A stretch of 64,000 nt of DNA from Pavona decussata (taxonomy: Eukaryota): assembly GCA_977016875.1 (NCBI GenBank), contig CDRNST010000053.1, forward strand, positions 248,001-312,000. Direction: 5' to 3'. The translations under genes were made by a program, and so were the position numbers. Below are positions 12,401 through 27,400 of this stretch, piece after piece (the stretch's first letter is position 1; the number at the start of each line of letters is the position of its first letter). The notes beneath the pieces are model-generated. The model saw nothing but the letters and a program-made list of their open reading frames with translations, was not told the DNA's origin and searched no databases.

Positions 12401-15400
12401 AGCTGTAATAGCTTAATTTTTTTTGTGACGCAAGAATATTAGCCTGCGTGACAGACGGACTATAACCCCGGGGTTATAGTCCGTCTGTCACGCAGGCTAA
12501 AGAATATGGAAGACAACTCAAAACTAACTCTCAAAAGCGCCCGAGTTCATTATTGGAAATAAAGCCAATAATTAAGAGCACCTGTTTGTAAAACTCAGAC
12601 AAATTCTAAATTTCGTGGCAAGGGTGGAAAATACAATTTCTTTCATATTTTAATGTTAGATAGGAGTATAACTAAAATCACTGTCTAGTTTTTTCGCTGA
12701 AATATCCTTTTATTTCAAAGAAAAATGCAAATAACGAAAATCCGTTAAAATCGTCATTTGAGGCGCTAAATTATTACACGGGTTTGAGAACCTCGCGTGC
12801 AAAAACAAATTATTCTACCGCCTTAAAAAATATGCAAATCTTTTTTTCACAATCTCTAAATTTAAATATCTGTTTGAAAGATTTTGGGAAATATTGCGTT
12901 GTTCTCGGTATACGAAATAATTTTATTTCTAAGATATACAATTCACTGCAGTAAAAGTACTTCGTGAATAAAACTAATTTTCACCATGTGCGAAACCTTC
13001 AAATTGATTAAGCTTCTGGTGGTTAAATGTTTGAAGAAAGGTCTATAGATTTCTGAAAAATTCTTTGGGCAAATGATTAAGAGCGACTCGAGAGCTTTAC
13101 AAAGTCCGTAAAAAATTCAAATATTTGACCCTCCGCGGTAGACTTTAAAGTTGCGAGTCAGACATGAATTATAGTCCACGCACATGTCTTGACGCATATT
13201 AGGTTAAAATAAACACATAGAAAACATTTCGAAATGTTCTAGCCTTGTAATATGCTGTAAAACACATGTCCTAGTCGCATAACTATGAGCTCTGTTTCTA
13301 ACTGTCAACGTATTCAGTGCTCAAATACAAATCTTTGATCAACTTTCGGCGAATTTTATCAATGCTGGATCATCGACGGCTTAGACATTTGTGAAGTTTA
13401 GCTTGGTTTACAGTGTATGAAAACATTACATCTGATCGCTGCGAGAATGACAAAAAATGTCGGCGCTTACAGTCTATCTTGAATTGTAGGCGGGATGTGT
13501 CGAAAAAAAAAACGACCCCAAAACGAAGACCGAAGACCGAAGACCCTGTGGTTTAAAACGAAGACCCTGTGGTTTAAAACACTTGCCTCATTTCTGTAGC
13601 GCATAAATTAAAATGTCATCTGAGCGCGCGACAAACTTGACAGTGACTTTCAGTCTCAGTCGGTACAACACGTGTCAAATTGTATAACGCAATTAAATTT
13701 CTACGTTATAAATCATACGTTTTAGTGACGATTTTAGTATATTTTGTCGTCACCAATACATTTTTTTTTTTTGCGTAAAATGCGTATTGAGCAAATGACA
13801 ATGAGGAGACGTCAACAGGCCATTTCCGAGTTGCTTTGAACCTCATTATGAAAGCGAGGCTAGGTGCAAAGTTTTTGTTATTATTTTTTCCTTTCATTCA
13901 TATGCAAACAAAACTAATTTTCATATGAAAAGTTTTGAACTTAGCCTCACTTTCATAGTGAGGTTCACAGTAACTCGGAAATGGCCTATTATACTGCGCC
14001 ATACTGTGAGTGTACCTTTCGCTTGAGGTGCGCTTGATCCGTTTCAAAGGCCGCGCTCAAAGGTCAACTGTGTGTGACTTGCAAAGCTACATGGCTAATC
14101 TTCTATAATCAAGTACAGCACATGCAATGTCCCCGGGAAAATTTTTTAATTGTTTATATATTGGCCAAGTGTAAAAACGAACAACAGTTATAGAACTGTT
14201 GTGGTTTTGATAGGTGTCAAAAGTGTCAAACTCTAAACTTGAAAACTTTTAATCTCATCATACAAACAAAAAAATCTTATTATTTTGACTTTTTACAAAA
14301 CAGGCTTTTCATTTTTTATCAGATCACATTTACATTTCAAAGGCTTGTGCCGTTATGGCTATCCGTGAAAGCTGTCGCGTAGGTCAAACGATGACTTATC
14401 TTTAAATTTTTGTTAAATGAACCGTCCTTACATTAGACAAAGTGCTCATTTCATTGTGTCCGAGTTTGAGTAATAATTTTTGTTCTGATAGCACAGCTCA
14501 GATGTTTCTGCTACTTTAATTAATAGGGATAACACTGGTGCACTTAAGGTAACCCTGGGAACACCTGTATGACCTTTCACTACAACAACAACAACAACAA
14601 CCGATCAGGAGCCCATGGACTCCTGCAACAATGTATTGGTAGTTCCATACATTGATGGCAAAACTAACATAATAACAAAACTACGAAAATTGAATTACTG
14701 TGGTTTGAATCAAGCAACCTCGTTCCCAGGGTCTCTCATCTTCCCGCCCCCTGGAGCGAGAGAGAAGAGACCCTGGTTTAGGCTGATCACGTATCTTCTA
14801 GATTTTAGCAGAAAACAAATAAGCGGTTTGAGGGAGGGGAAGATATGTGGGGAATTTGTCTCCACTTAGTCCACTGGCGAGCGTAGCCTGTCGGCAATCA
14901 AAACAAACTACACATGAAGCGCTTCGGACCGAATTATGTCAAATGGGAGTATTCAGCAGACGCCCAAAACGATCAGTAAGTCTTCCACGACTGCAAACAT
15001 CAGTTGTTGCAGGCTTTGTAAATCAGTTGGAGATGTATCTTGCTCGAAGAACATTTATGCAAAAGGAAATCGCGCATTGCTCGCCGCTGCTGAGGACATC
15101 TATCGCCGGCCGTTGAGACAAGATAAATTCTGAAGGTCTGAAGGTAAGATGGTTCTATTTAAAACCACTGTACTATCACCGTTTTGAAAAATAAGCTTCT
15201 TGTACTCATCGATCAAACCATTTGGTGGAAGGCAGTGCTCACTGGGTACTTTAACAGCCTTCATTAGTCACGTTTTTTCTTTCTTTACATTTTCTGCTAT
15301 GTCCCTCAGAGTATGGATTTTCAGCAAAATGTCAACAGATGGCTTGTTGAAATTACCCAGCGAACAAGAAATGGCATGGCACTTGACGAGTTTTAAGTAA

Positions 15401-18400
15401 TCAAGCATATCTTCACAGCTGGTTCTGGAGGGCATCCTTGCCATGGTTGTAATGTCGGTGATGTGTTTGGGCACATTCTGGTGCAAGGTTTGAACACCAG
15501 TAGGAGCTATAACTGGAAAGGTTACCTCAGCCAACTTTTCTCTTTTTATCTTGTGAAAGTTGTCTCTCAGGATTATTTCCTATAAAATAAATAAATAAAA
15601 CTCAAAGCTTTAAAAAAAGTGAGCTCCCATAGTACATTTCTCCATTAAAGATTTATTTTGTGATCACAGCCTCATTTCTCCTTACAAAATTAATGAACTA
15701 CGCCATCAAATCCATAAGTAATGAGAATTAAGGATTGATAAGCAGAGATAAATTGTCTTGGTGTTTATCACCAAGGAACTCCATCGCCTATAATTTTCAT
15801 CACTACATCCACAGCAAAGGGTAAGAGTCTTATGTCATACAGGGCATGATAATAATATAGCTTTTGGTGAGTAAGAGTATTGAAAATTTGACCTGATAAA
15901 CTTATCAACAAGAGATAAAGGATAGATTATTTTTGAATTACCATTTAAGGTTGATACATCCTACCATTTTCGTTACATTTACGTGGTCTCTCGAGGCTAG
16001 GCCTGCATGGTATTTTCAATCCATATTTTCAGTTGGACAAATTGTTGTCAAATTAGCTGCATTATCTGAGCATTGGAAATCGTTTCAAACAATACCTTCG
16101 ATAAAGGATCTCGTCCTGTTCCAGTGGAACTCAATGTTCTCAGAAAACATTTCTGCTTTCCTGGGCAAGAGGGAAGAGTGCAATATTGGAATGTCAAATC
16201 CTTCGTAGATGTAAATTTTATTTTGTTGATAGTGATTATTTCCCAAGTCAAAAGTCGATTTAAGTGGAATACTTACTGTGAGATGACTTCAAGCTCATTT
16301 CTTCCACGACGACAATGTTTATCTCGAATGCTAAGATGCAAAGGTTTTTGTATCTTCCCCTCACAAAGTTGATGGAAGTCCAGGTTTGATATGACTGAGA
16401 AACAAATTTGCCGCGCTTTTCCCGGGCTTTTTGCGTGCAGCGGCAGGTTGGCATCCAGGCTCGTACCCAGACTCTTGTTGTTCACCCAGCAATGCCGTAC
16501 AAATAGCATCAGTCGTCACGGAGTACGGGAGTGCAAGGGTGACGTTCAAACGTCGCCCTGTCAGTTGTCTGAAATACGCAGTATCAGAAAATGAAGGTTG
16601 CGTTCTAAAAGACAACACATTGGTGGCTCGTTTTGGTTCAACCTAAGGATTCTTGGAACGCTGTGTTCACCGACGATGATTATCACAATTAGAATCATCT
16701 CGTGACTGTCACGAAAGGACATCTATATCCCACGAAAATACTGTAAAATACTGCGAATTCGACGCTATGTAATTAAAGTTACAAAAACTAGAGGTTTCAA
16801 GAAAGGTAAGATAATCTTTATGAATAATAGCTTTACTACGCATACTCAGAAGAGTCCCGTATGAATAGCAAATGCAAGTCGGCCTACGGGTCCCGTACGA
16901 ATAGCCACTGGGTTTTAAAAATGTTATGCCACTCGTCAACCCGAAAGCGGCAACAGATTGCTTGGCCCTACAACCGATTGCTACGGCCCTCCTGCCTTAA
17001 AAATCGGCAAATCATGCAGGATATTCTACTGTGTAAGTCTGACGCCCTAAAAAAATGAATTATTAACTCGCTAACAATGTTTGAGTCCAGCCGTACGACT
17101 AGACAACCGATTGCTGCGCTGGCTAAAAGCCCTTCTGCCTTGCGGACTGATATTTTATTATATTTTCAGAGACTCCCTAATGAGATACATTTTTCCACTC
17201 GACAATTTGTTTTGTCGACTGGACAAAGCTTCTGTCCGGCACCCGTACGACTCGTACGAGTCGACAACTGATAGCGAGACCCCTATAAACAGCCTTACAA
17301 ATCTCGTCTCCCTAATGAGATGCATTTTTCCACTCGACAATTTACTTTGTCCACTCGAAAATGCTTCTGTCCACCTGTACGACTCGTACGAGTCGACAAC
17401 TGAATGCTAGGGCCCTACAGCCTTACAAACACGGACTAATATTTTCTAAGTCTCCCTAATGAGATGCACCCCAAAAATTTAGAAGCAAAATCATGTAATT
17501 CCACGAAAATGAAACTACTTCACCACTTGCACTAAACTGACCAGTGGAACAATTGTTCCACGACTCGTACGACTCGTAAAGACATTTTCACGACCCGAAA
17601 AAGAGGTGAGTATTGGACAACCCTCACGAGCAACCATAGAATTGTGCTAAAATGGCCTTTGAACCTGTATTTTACAGCATATAATAAGGCTTGAACATTC
17701 GAAATGTTATCTATGTGCTTATTTTAACCTAATATGGGTCAAGACATGTGCACGGACTATAATTTATGTCTGACCCGCACAACTTCAAAGTCTACCACGG
17801 AGGGTCTACTTTGTAAAGCTCTCGCGTCGCTCTTAATCATTTGACCATCCCTCAAACGTTTAACCACCAGAAGCTTAATTGATTTGAAGGTAGGTTTCGA
17901 ACATGGTGAAAATTAGTTTTATTCACGAAATACCTTTACTGCAGGAAATTGTATCCCTTCGAAATTAAATTTATGTGACAAACAACGCAATATTCCCAAA
18001 ATCATTCCAACAGATATTTAGAGATTAAAAAAAAAAGAGTTGAATGTTTTAAAGGCGGTAGAACGATTTGTCTTTGCATGCGAGGCTTTCAAAACCGTGT
18101 AATAATTTAGCGCCTCAAATGACGATTTTAACGGATTTTGGTTTTTACATTTTTCTTTGAAATAAAAGGATATTTCACCGAAAAAAATATACAGTGATTT
18201 TAGTTATATCCTATTCTATCTATCATTAAAATATGAAAGAAGTCGAATTTTCCACCCTTGCCACGATATGTTTGATTTTTACGGACAGCTGCTCTTATTA
18301 ATTGCTAAATTACGTCCTATCATATCACGATGTATACTTTTAAACATTTATCACTAATTCACATATCCATCCTTATCTAATTTACGGACTCTCTTCCTGG

Positions 18401-21400
18401 GGACGGGCATTAAAGACTTATATTAATAAAATTCTTATCCTCGACTCCAGAAAAGAGCACTTCGAATGATTCATTTCAACGATAGATGTGAGCATGCTGT
18501 TATCTTGTTTGCCAATGCGAATATTTTACCTTTGACGTTTCTATACTACGATCCTGTTTCCAACTGAATGCCCGACATTAATAATAGTAACACGCCTATA
18601 AACAACTTAAAACCTGCTGTTTCTAGAAACTTCCAATGTCCATTCATATAACACTCGATCGTCCACCTCTGGAAACTTTTAAGTCCAAAATTCTGGACTA
18701 CAAAATAGATAAACGTTCTTTTTTTCGATTTGGCGTAAGACTGTAAAATGAGATACCGCGTCGTATAAAAGATTTACCTAAGGAAGAATTCAAAGGAGAA
18801 ATTGGCCGGTTTCTCCTCCATATTTTGGTAAATGAAAATGTCTATATTGAAACGCCAATCATAGTACAGAAAATAGGTCTCGCCAATTAGTTGCAACTCG
18901 TTAATTTTTCGACATTCTTTTTTATAGAGTGTTTTCACATGACGTCACGGCGGCCATGTTGTTGTCCCAAAACAAAGAAATGGCGGCCATGTTGGTGTCC
19001 CAAACTAAACCTCTGGGAATTGGACTCTATTTTTATGGAAATACTTTCTTTTGTTTCAGTAAACCAATATGGCCGGTAGTCACATGAATGAAAACGCTCT
19101 ATTAAGTGTCAGTTACTCGTGATTTCTCTTCTACCCCTAAATTCTATTTGTCTTTCTTAGATTGCAATGACTGTAACTGAATATCGATTTTCATCCTTAA
19201 ACAGTTGTAAGTCTGGCCCGCCTTGATCAGCTCTCGCTACCTGCGGCTGAATTTTTGAATAAACTTGAATAAACGTGAATGTCTTGAAACCAAGCGTTTT
19301 CCTCAAAGCCAAGGCGAGGCGGCCAAGCCCTTGGTGTTATCCCCAAAACATGACTGGGTAGGGAACGGTTTAACCCAGGGCCCCCCTGGTTTAACCTTTG
19401 CTAGGACATTTAAGCTTATCGCCAATCACTGGGTCGAAAATACAATAGTCTGACTTAGACATTTTTTTTTTAATTCGTCTGCAGCTCGTAAGAACAGCGA
19501 CAATTCCTTTTACCCTTTGCTGCTTGCAAAATGTGGCAAAAAGATGACTCTAAAAAGAGGGAAGGAGTCGAAAGCAAGTTGATGTTATGTATCAAACACG
19601 AGGAAGGTTGTTTCGTCTGATTTCCAAACGCCGAGAAGTGGGTTGGAAAAACGAGGCGTAGCCTATTTTTTTTTTTTTAACCAACTTCCAGGATTTTGGA
19701 AATCCAATGAAACACTCTTTCGAATGTTTAATATAGCTTCCCAAACCATTAATAATTTTTGGAGAAATTCAAATCTAAAGTTCACTAATTTTTATGATGA
19801 TTAAGATCACATTCTGCAAACCTCGTTCACAGTAATGATTTTCTTTGAGTTTGAGAAGAAGAAATAATATAATGCCCCTTTTGAATGTCTTTTACCAAAA
19901 TATCCACAACCAGCGTCCTACCATTGGGCTTAATGTGGTTTTACAACCCACGAAAAATTAAGACTGTCTTGGTCATGTGACCAATGACGTACCAATGGTA
20001 ACAATGTTATGGAAGGTTCTTGAAATAAACATTTATATACATGCAAAGTTATGTTGCAACGCGCCTTAAACTCAAGAGGATATGCCTCTCTAATTAGTTC
20101 CCGAGATTTTTGGTTTTTGTGTGTCAGCTGTGTACAGCCCAAGAGACTATGTCTCTTGGTACAGCCCCATTAATTTTAAGATTCAAGACCGTTAATGGCC
20201 TTGCCATAAACTTCACACCATTTTTTTTACTATTAATATTGTATTTTTTTCGAATTGATAGGTGTACGTTTTGCATTGAGTTTAAACGCGTTTCTGGCTG
20301 TTGTAACGTGGCTAATGATGCCATCACACAAAATTTGATACGAGGAATATTTTCTGGTAAGTGTTATTCCATTTTCATGTCGTGTAGCATCCTCCTTGGC
20401 TCAAAATTGCCATAGGTTTTTGGCATTTGCGATTTTTCAGGTGCATGGGATTCTGGAAAGGTTCTTAATATAATTATACATTACTTTTATAATTATTACT
20501 ATTGTTATGGTGATCTCAGATAGTCATCATTGGCGAAATCTCAAAAGGAAAAATCTTAGGACCTTTCATGATCCCTACCAGTTTTATTTTTATAACTTCA
20601 ATATTCACTCAGTTATAGAGGAGGATAGAAAGCTACTCCTCTCCCTCTCCCTTCACAGCCAGCTCTAAATGGGGTTAACGGACTACCTGCCGTGACAGAG
20701 GCCAGCAAAATCCCTAAGTAAACCTACCTGAGTCTTGAGTGATGGCTGTGTAAGATGCATTAAATCCCGAGTACTGACCACTGAGAGAGATAAATATCAC
20801 TTGAATAGAATTGCCTACAGAGTACACTGGTGGAGGAAGGTAGTCACCAGTCAAATGGAATGGCAAACGTCCATAACCAGAAGCAACATTAGTGATTGTA
20901 AGAAGTGATTCGTTTCTCGACATTTGGTGACCTAATGTAAAGCTATAGAAGCTGAGTTTGATTATGTAGCCACTGGGAACTGTGATATTCCAGGTACATT
21001 TGATGTAACTAGGGAAGTTGCTTGGAAAATTTGGGCTTGAAAAGGATCCTCCTGATCCGCTAAGGACCTTTCCAGAGGAGCAAGCTGTGGAGAAAATTAT
21101 CCTTTATATGAATAATTAGTTGTACACCCTTCTGTAATATCTTTTGCGAGAAATTTAAGTCAGACAATATATCAGCACTATTTTCGTATACGAAATGAGT
21201 AAGGCCTTGACTACTCCTTCAAAGGTGTTAGTGTGTCAAATGGGTGACGCGTAAAAAACAAAAAAAAAAACAAAAAAAGAAGATGCGTCCAAAGAGAATT
21301 ATTCATCTAAAGCAAAAGGCATTTTTTATATGGCATAAAGCTCTTAATAGCTGGAACAAATTTGTTTCCGGCATGCACATGGAGCGATTAATGCAAGGGG

Positions 21401-24400
21401 CCACGTACGTATTCGAAAATTAAGTCATGCACGTTCTGTGTGCTTATGTTTGGTTAGGTTCATATTCGTTTCTACAATACATTTTATATAAGATCCTCGA
21501 CTCCCTCTCAGCCCTTGATGATTCTTTCTTGCACTCAATTCTTGAACGCTTCGGTCCATTTGTAAATGCTCCCGAATAGTTTTCAGCACAAGAAGTGTTT
21601 TTTATATCCGCTTCAATTTTTTCCGGCTTCCACCAAAACAAAATTAGAATAGTTTTATTTCCTAAAATACTCCGTTACATTGTGATTTTTTGTGTGTGTT
21701 TGTTACTTCTTTCAACGACGGAAGAACGCGAGTCTAATAGTGTCGGTAAAAAATTGAACCTTTGTTAGTGATGGGAAGGCGGCCGTGGCGACACCAGATT
21801 ACACTCCGAATTTTTTTTTTTTTTTCAGGGGTTATTGACCTCGGTTTTAAGACAACTGTGTGTACTTAATTTCGCGCGTCTCATAATAATGATAACTCGT
21901 GCAAGGTGTCATGTTTGATAATGAAGTTTCTCCTTCCTTCTCATGTTACTGCTACGGAGGTCAGGAGTTACCTGTGATTATGGTACTGCGGTTTACTTGA
22001 AAGTACGTTGCCTTAAATCCAGGGTACGTCTTCGGTGAACTACCATCAGAAAGAAACAGCACCTTCAAGCTCTCGCGATACGAGTGAACTATGAGAACCC
22101 AGTGAAAGCAATGATAATCGTAAGAATGATAATATCGATAACAGAAATAAGTACTACTATAATGGTAACCACATCGTCTTGCATCACTTGTGTGATAAAG
22201 ACTATCAAAAATTGAGCCATTTTGAATTTCCAGATGATCGCAGGTACAGGACACTCCACACAGCTGAATGGCCATGTATTCGATGATCAACACCACGTAG
22301 TTTCCCTCACTTGCTGTGATTTGCCAGCTGCATCTCTGGTAGTCTGGGTAATTTCTGGGGTAGAAAGGACTGGTGATGATTCCTGATGTCTCATTCAGGA
22401 TTGCCAAATTTGGACACACTGCAGAAAAAAAAAAAAAACTAGTCAATCTCGATTTTGCTATAAAGGGTACAGTAATGTTCTTAGAATTGTCTCCCAAATG
22501 CTTGAAACCTTTCGAAAGTAAACTTCGGTATCGAATTCATCACTGGAAAACATTACTTTTATTTGAAGTGCTTTTAAGTATATGTGAAGGTCTATTCAAA
22601 CCGCAGTTATGCATTAACAGCGTTTGGTGAAACCAGTTACATATCTTAGCAACCAAATTAAGAAAAAAAGTTACAACCACCTTAAAAAAGAAAGCATTAG
22701 ATGCATAATTTTTATTTCAATGTTCACAATTGAGAAGTATAAAGCATTGTGCTTTGATTCTTGAGTTTCTTCTCTAGAGCCTTTGTTATAGGCTCACATG
22801 AAGGGATCTCTATAAACTGACATCAAATATTGGCTGCTCTGAGCAGCTCAAAATTTAAAGTTGTCTAAAAGTATCAAGTCACTTAGGTTAGCCTGCCTGT
22901 AAAGCAGTATTGAAGCAGGTGCAGATGAAACCGATTTTTGTAAATAACAGGGTGAAATTTTCTCGGAAGATTTATAAGCAGCTGTTTAGTTAAAAGTGTC
23001 TAAAAAAGGGGCCATATTGCTGTATTTTCTTCAAAACTGCTAAAATATTTGTCAGAGAACCTTTTTTCTAACATGAAATTGCTGTTAGAGCACTGGAAAG
23101 AAAATAGTAAGGGATTCCTCCGAAGAAGAACAAACTATAATCAGTTTTTAGTGACTTTTCTACAATACAAAGGAAGAACATGAGAAAATTGGCCGATTTT
23201 TCCAAGTTGCAATCCACTTTCATCCTAGCCATTCCCAGCCAAAGATAAACGATGCGAGCTTCTGTGCACAAGTGGGGTTATTTTTAACAAAAGCAAACCA
23301 TTATTTTGACCATTCAATCAATTCAAATATGATTTTAGGCTATTCAAAGTGACACAAAAATAGGTGACACTGCCTCTTTAAACACCTATTCTCTTATTCT
23401 CGAGTTCAGCAATAATTGAGACTAAATTAAATTCAGTGATGTGACATTGGGCGAGGTCTGCTTACGTCAAAAACTAAGCCATATTTTACGATAGCCTACA
23501 AGGGACACACCGCAAACCTAAAAGAAACCATGAAAACAAAAAAGAAAACACGCACAAAAAACATACGTAAATAAAAAAGAAACCACGCTAATCAAAAAAA
23601 GAACCATTCAAGTAAAGACGAAATATGCAGACAGAAAGAAAGCACAAAAATTGAAAAGGAACCACGCAAAAAAGGACGAAATCATGCAAATAAAATAAAG
23701 GAACCCACGCCCGGAGTCTTTCTAGTTCCTAGAGTCCTAGCGGATTTTTTAGTGTCATGTCATAGTGTCGCTGAAAGATCGCTGACCAAAATAATTGAAG
23801 TTGGCGAGAGGCACTGGGCACAGCCCAGATTGCCTTTGAGCTCTGTTGCTCCATGTTTGGTTCGCTATATATTATGTTCTGTGGTCTTTGTGGTGGAAGT
23901 GTAGCTCATAAGACTGTTTGCGATAGATGTTTCACAGAAAAAAGCATTGATGACAATTGTTATGAACATTGTTATGACTGTAAATTACTATACGTTAGAT
24001 AATAGTTGCCTTAAGATTGTAAATTGTACTCGATAATTCAGTTCTTTTATTGCAAGAGAGTTTTTTTAATAAACTATATTAAACTATTTTCACCGTGAGC
24101 ATCCTTATAATGCCACCGTTGGTCTGCTGAAGAAAAGAGAAGGACAACAAATGTCTGTACGGACACTGAAGAGGCGTCTTAAACCTCGAGGGTTGAGAAG
24201 GAAAGGCAATGGCAAGCTAATAGATGATTCTGAACTACGACAAGCCATCCGTAAAGAAATGAATGGCCCTGGAAGCTTATCAGGCTATCGCAGTATTTGG
24301 CTTGCCTTGAGACTGAGACATCACATACACGTACCTCGCGACCAGGTTGCAGCTATTATGGCGGAAATCGATGCTGTTGGTGTAGCAGAGAGGAGGTCAC

Positions 24401-27400
24401 TGTTGATATGTTAGCGAGACTACGAGTACGCCCGCATTGCATGCTTACATGTACGTAGTCAACCATGACACTTTGCGGCCTTAGTTCTACCATGTGCTTG
24501 GTGTAAGATGGCGAACGTTGTTTATTAAATTATTTGTCTGTGTTCACTCCTCGCCTCCTAATTTCCCATTTTTCGAAGTCAAATCAACATGGCGGCAGCG
24601 GTAGGATTCAGTTAAGCAAATGGCGACGTCAGACTCCGGACTAGAGCTAGACACATTATGCCGGGATAATTTCGGGCATAATGGCATAGTCAGAGCATCG
24701 AGCATAATGCTACAAAACTAATAGTTTCCCTATTTTCGGTGAAAATGGAAGAAAAAATATCGAGTTTTCCTGCTGTCTGATTATTCAGCTCTTTCTAAGG
24801 CTTGGTTACTGGTTTAGAGGCCTGGGTACAGCAGTATGCCAGATCCATCAGGCCTGGCAGTCATCCTGCAAACAATCACAACATGAAGTCGTGTAGTTGC
24901 TTCTAATAAAGTCAAGAACAAAACCCAACGAGGACCAGGGAAGGCGAGTCAAAAGAAGTTTACGTCTCTGAAATATGTCTCAGTAGACGCAAGAGATAAA
25001 CATATACCAAATTGCTGACATACAATATTTGTGTTAACATGCTTTACACATTTTAGATTTTGTTCGTCGCCTTTAAGGGTAGAACAAAAATATTAAAATG
25101 TTGCGTTTTAACTCTTTGGGGACTCGTTTGGGTGGTACCGTGGATTCACGGGCAAACTTTCAGCCAGCATCACACGAGCATAATTTTCGGCATAATGGTA
25201 TGATTTTTAGGGTTTCCGGAGTCCGGACAGTTCAGAATTTCACCCCCACAAGAGGTGAATTCGGGAAACCTATCTGAGAATTACAAGCGATGGAAGCGCC
25301 AAATGGAGGTCTATTTGGCCGCTTCTGGCACACCCGCGAAGGATGGAAAGGTACAAACTGCAATCATTTTCAATTGTGCGGGCCCTCACGTCTTAGAAGT
25401 TTATGATAACATCGTGTGGGAAAGTGCCGAAGATAAACATAAGCCCGATAAGGTACTGGAAGCTTTAGAGAATTACTGTAATCCGAGAGACAATGAAGTC
25501 CTCGAGTCACACAGGTTTTGTAACACGCTATACCAAGAGCCGTTTGATAAATTCCTTATGAAGCTCAAAACGAGAGCAGCGCGTCCTGCAATTTCCAGGA
25601 GAAAGACAGGCTGATGAGAGATAAAATTGTGTTTAGTGTAACAGGAAAACTTCAAGAGTTACTTCTTAGGGTGGATGCTTTGACCCTCGAGAAAGCTCGA
25701 GAAAGCTATAAAAGTCTGTAGGGCTTATGAAAAGTCTACCAAGCAAGTTAAGGAGTTTATAGACAACTCAAACCCCTCCAATTCAGCAACAAAAGTGAAC
25801 ACAGTGGCTCAGAGAGCCGGTCCGAGAGTTCCTCGCAGCATTAAACCCGAAGGTGGCAACAGACACGTGAAGAAAGACAATGAAGATATAAAAATTAACA
25901 GTAATTTTCGTGGCTACGAACATAAGAAAAACAGAGAGAAACGTCCTGCATGGGGAAAAACATGTGAAAAGTGAAGGTCGAAATCAGTTGAAGTCCAAAT
26001 GCAAAAAGGTACATTTAATGTCGCAGTCCCAAGATGGTAATGATGATTATGATGATCCATGGCTCATGGCTGTAAGCCATAAGGAAGATAGTATTAATGC
26101 TACTTTAACCGTGAATGACTATGACGTCAGATTTCAACTCTATAGTGCAGCTGATGTCAAGATCATTTGTCAGAAACACGTAAGGAAACACCAGGTGCCT
26201 CCAACAACAGTACGTCTGAATATGTGGAACAAAACTAACCTGAAGCCTCTGGGGGAAACAGTACTAAGGGTTGCGAATCCCCGTACTAGTGTAGAGTCCG
26301 AAGTAAAGTTTATTGTGGTGCCAAACGGTTTTACTAACCTGCTAGGCATCAAAACCAAATTCAGGAACTTGGTTTCATAACCATAAATGAGGAATGCTTC
26401 ACTTCTCAGATCAATGCCCCTCAACTTGGTGTTCTGGGAGAAGCCACTATCCAGACCGATGAAAATTACCAACCGAAAGTACTTCGATGTAGGAAAATTC
26501 CCCCTGCAATTGAAGATGCTGTAAAAGAAGAATTGAATCGATTGGGAGGAAAAGGTGTGCTTGTTCCCATGACGGAGCCAACCGAGTGGGTCAGCCAAAG
26601 CAAGCCCATTGGCAAATTAGGCATACAGCTATTTCAATTAACGTTGTCGGATTAAAATCAAGCTAAAAGACAAGACCGCAATGTTTTGTGGGATAATTTT
26701 TTTATGAATAATTTCATCAAAATCATCCCTGTACGTACAGGTCATTGTACTGCTAATTACAACCTATTGTTTTCTCCGGGCATGACTAATTTTGATGAAT
26801 TTATTCATAAAAATCCCAGGTAAACTTTCGGTCTTGTCTTTTAGCTTCATGCTTTGAACCGACAATGTTAGTTGAAATGACTGTATGCATTGACCCGCAA
26901 CCATAAAATGAAGTACTCAAGCGTGAACATTATAGACTACCAGTACTTGATGATGTGCTCCTCAAGCTCAGGGATGCCAAAGTTTAAAGTAAAGCTTGAT
27001 GTGCGAGAAGCTTATTGGCACGTCAAACTTTACGAAGAGTCCAGCAAACTCACCACAATGATCACTCCTTTTGGCCGTTACCGTTGGAAAAGGCTCTCTT
27101 TTGAACTCAAGGTCTCGAGCCAGATCTTCCAGCGCAAACTTGATGAAGTTTTGGGAGGTCCAGAAGGCGTGTTTAGTGTTGATGAGGATGTATCGTCATA
27201 GCTGGGTGTGGCCAGACAGTGGAGAAAGCTCAAATTGAAAATCAACGGAAACTGACGGAGACCTTGAAAAGGTGGGCTGAGAACATTGTCCTAAACCAGG
27301 ACAAACAGCAGACTGGTTTAACTGAGATTACTTTCCATGGTCACAAAATCACAAAGGATGGTGTGAAAATTGACGAGGCCAAAGTACAAGCTATCCGCAA

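Larger units (their letters stand above)
12576..18294. mobile_element. Sola3-type long-TIR DNA transposon, non-autonomous, with nested cargo
   Basis: ~690-bp imperfect TIRs (12576-~13262 and ~17668-18294), GAG...CTC termini, flanks TTAA and TTAT. Confidence 0.78.

Noticed and set aside
17078-17600. CRISPR-like array
   Set aside because: The spacers are themselves homologous, there are no cas genes, and the context is eukaryotic.
12576-18294. Kolobok or piggyBac assignment of the TTAA long-TIR elements
   Set aside because: GAG...CTC termini with ~700-bp TIRs fit Sola3 better; not confirmed by a search.
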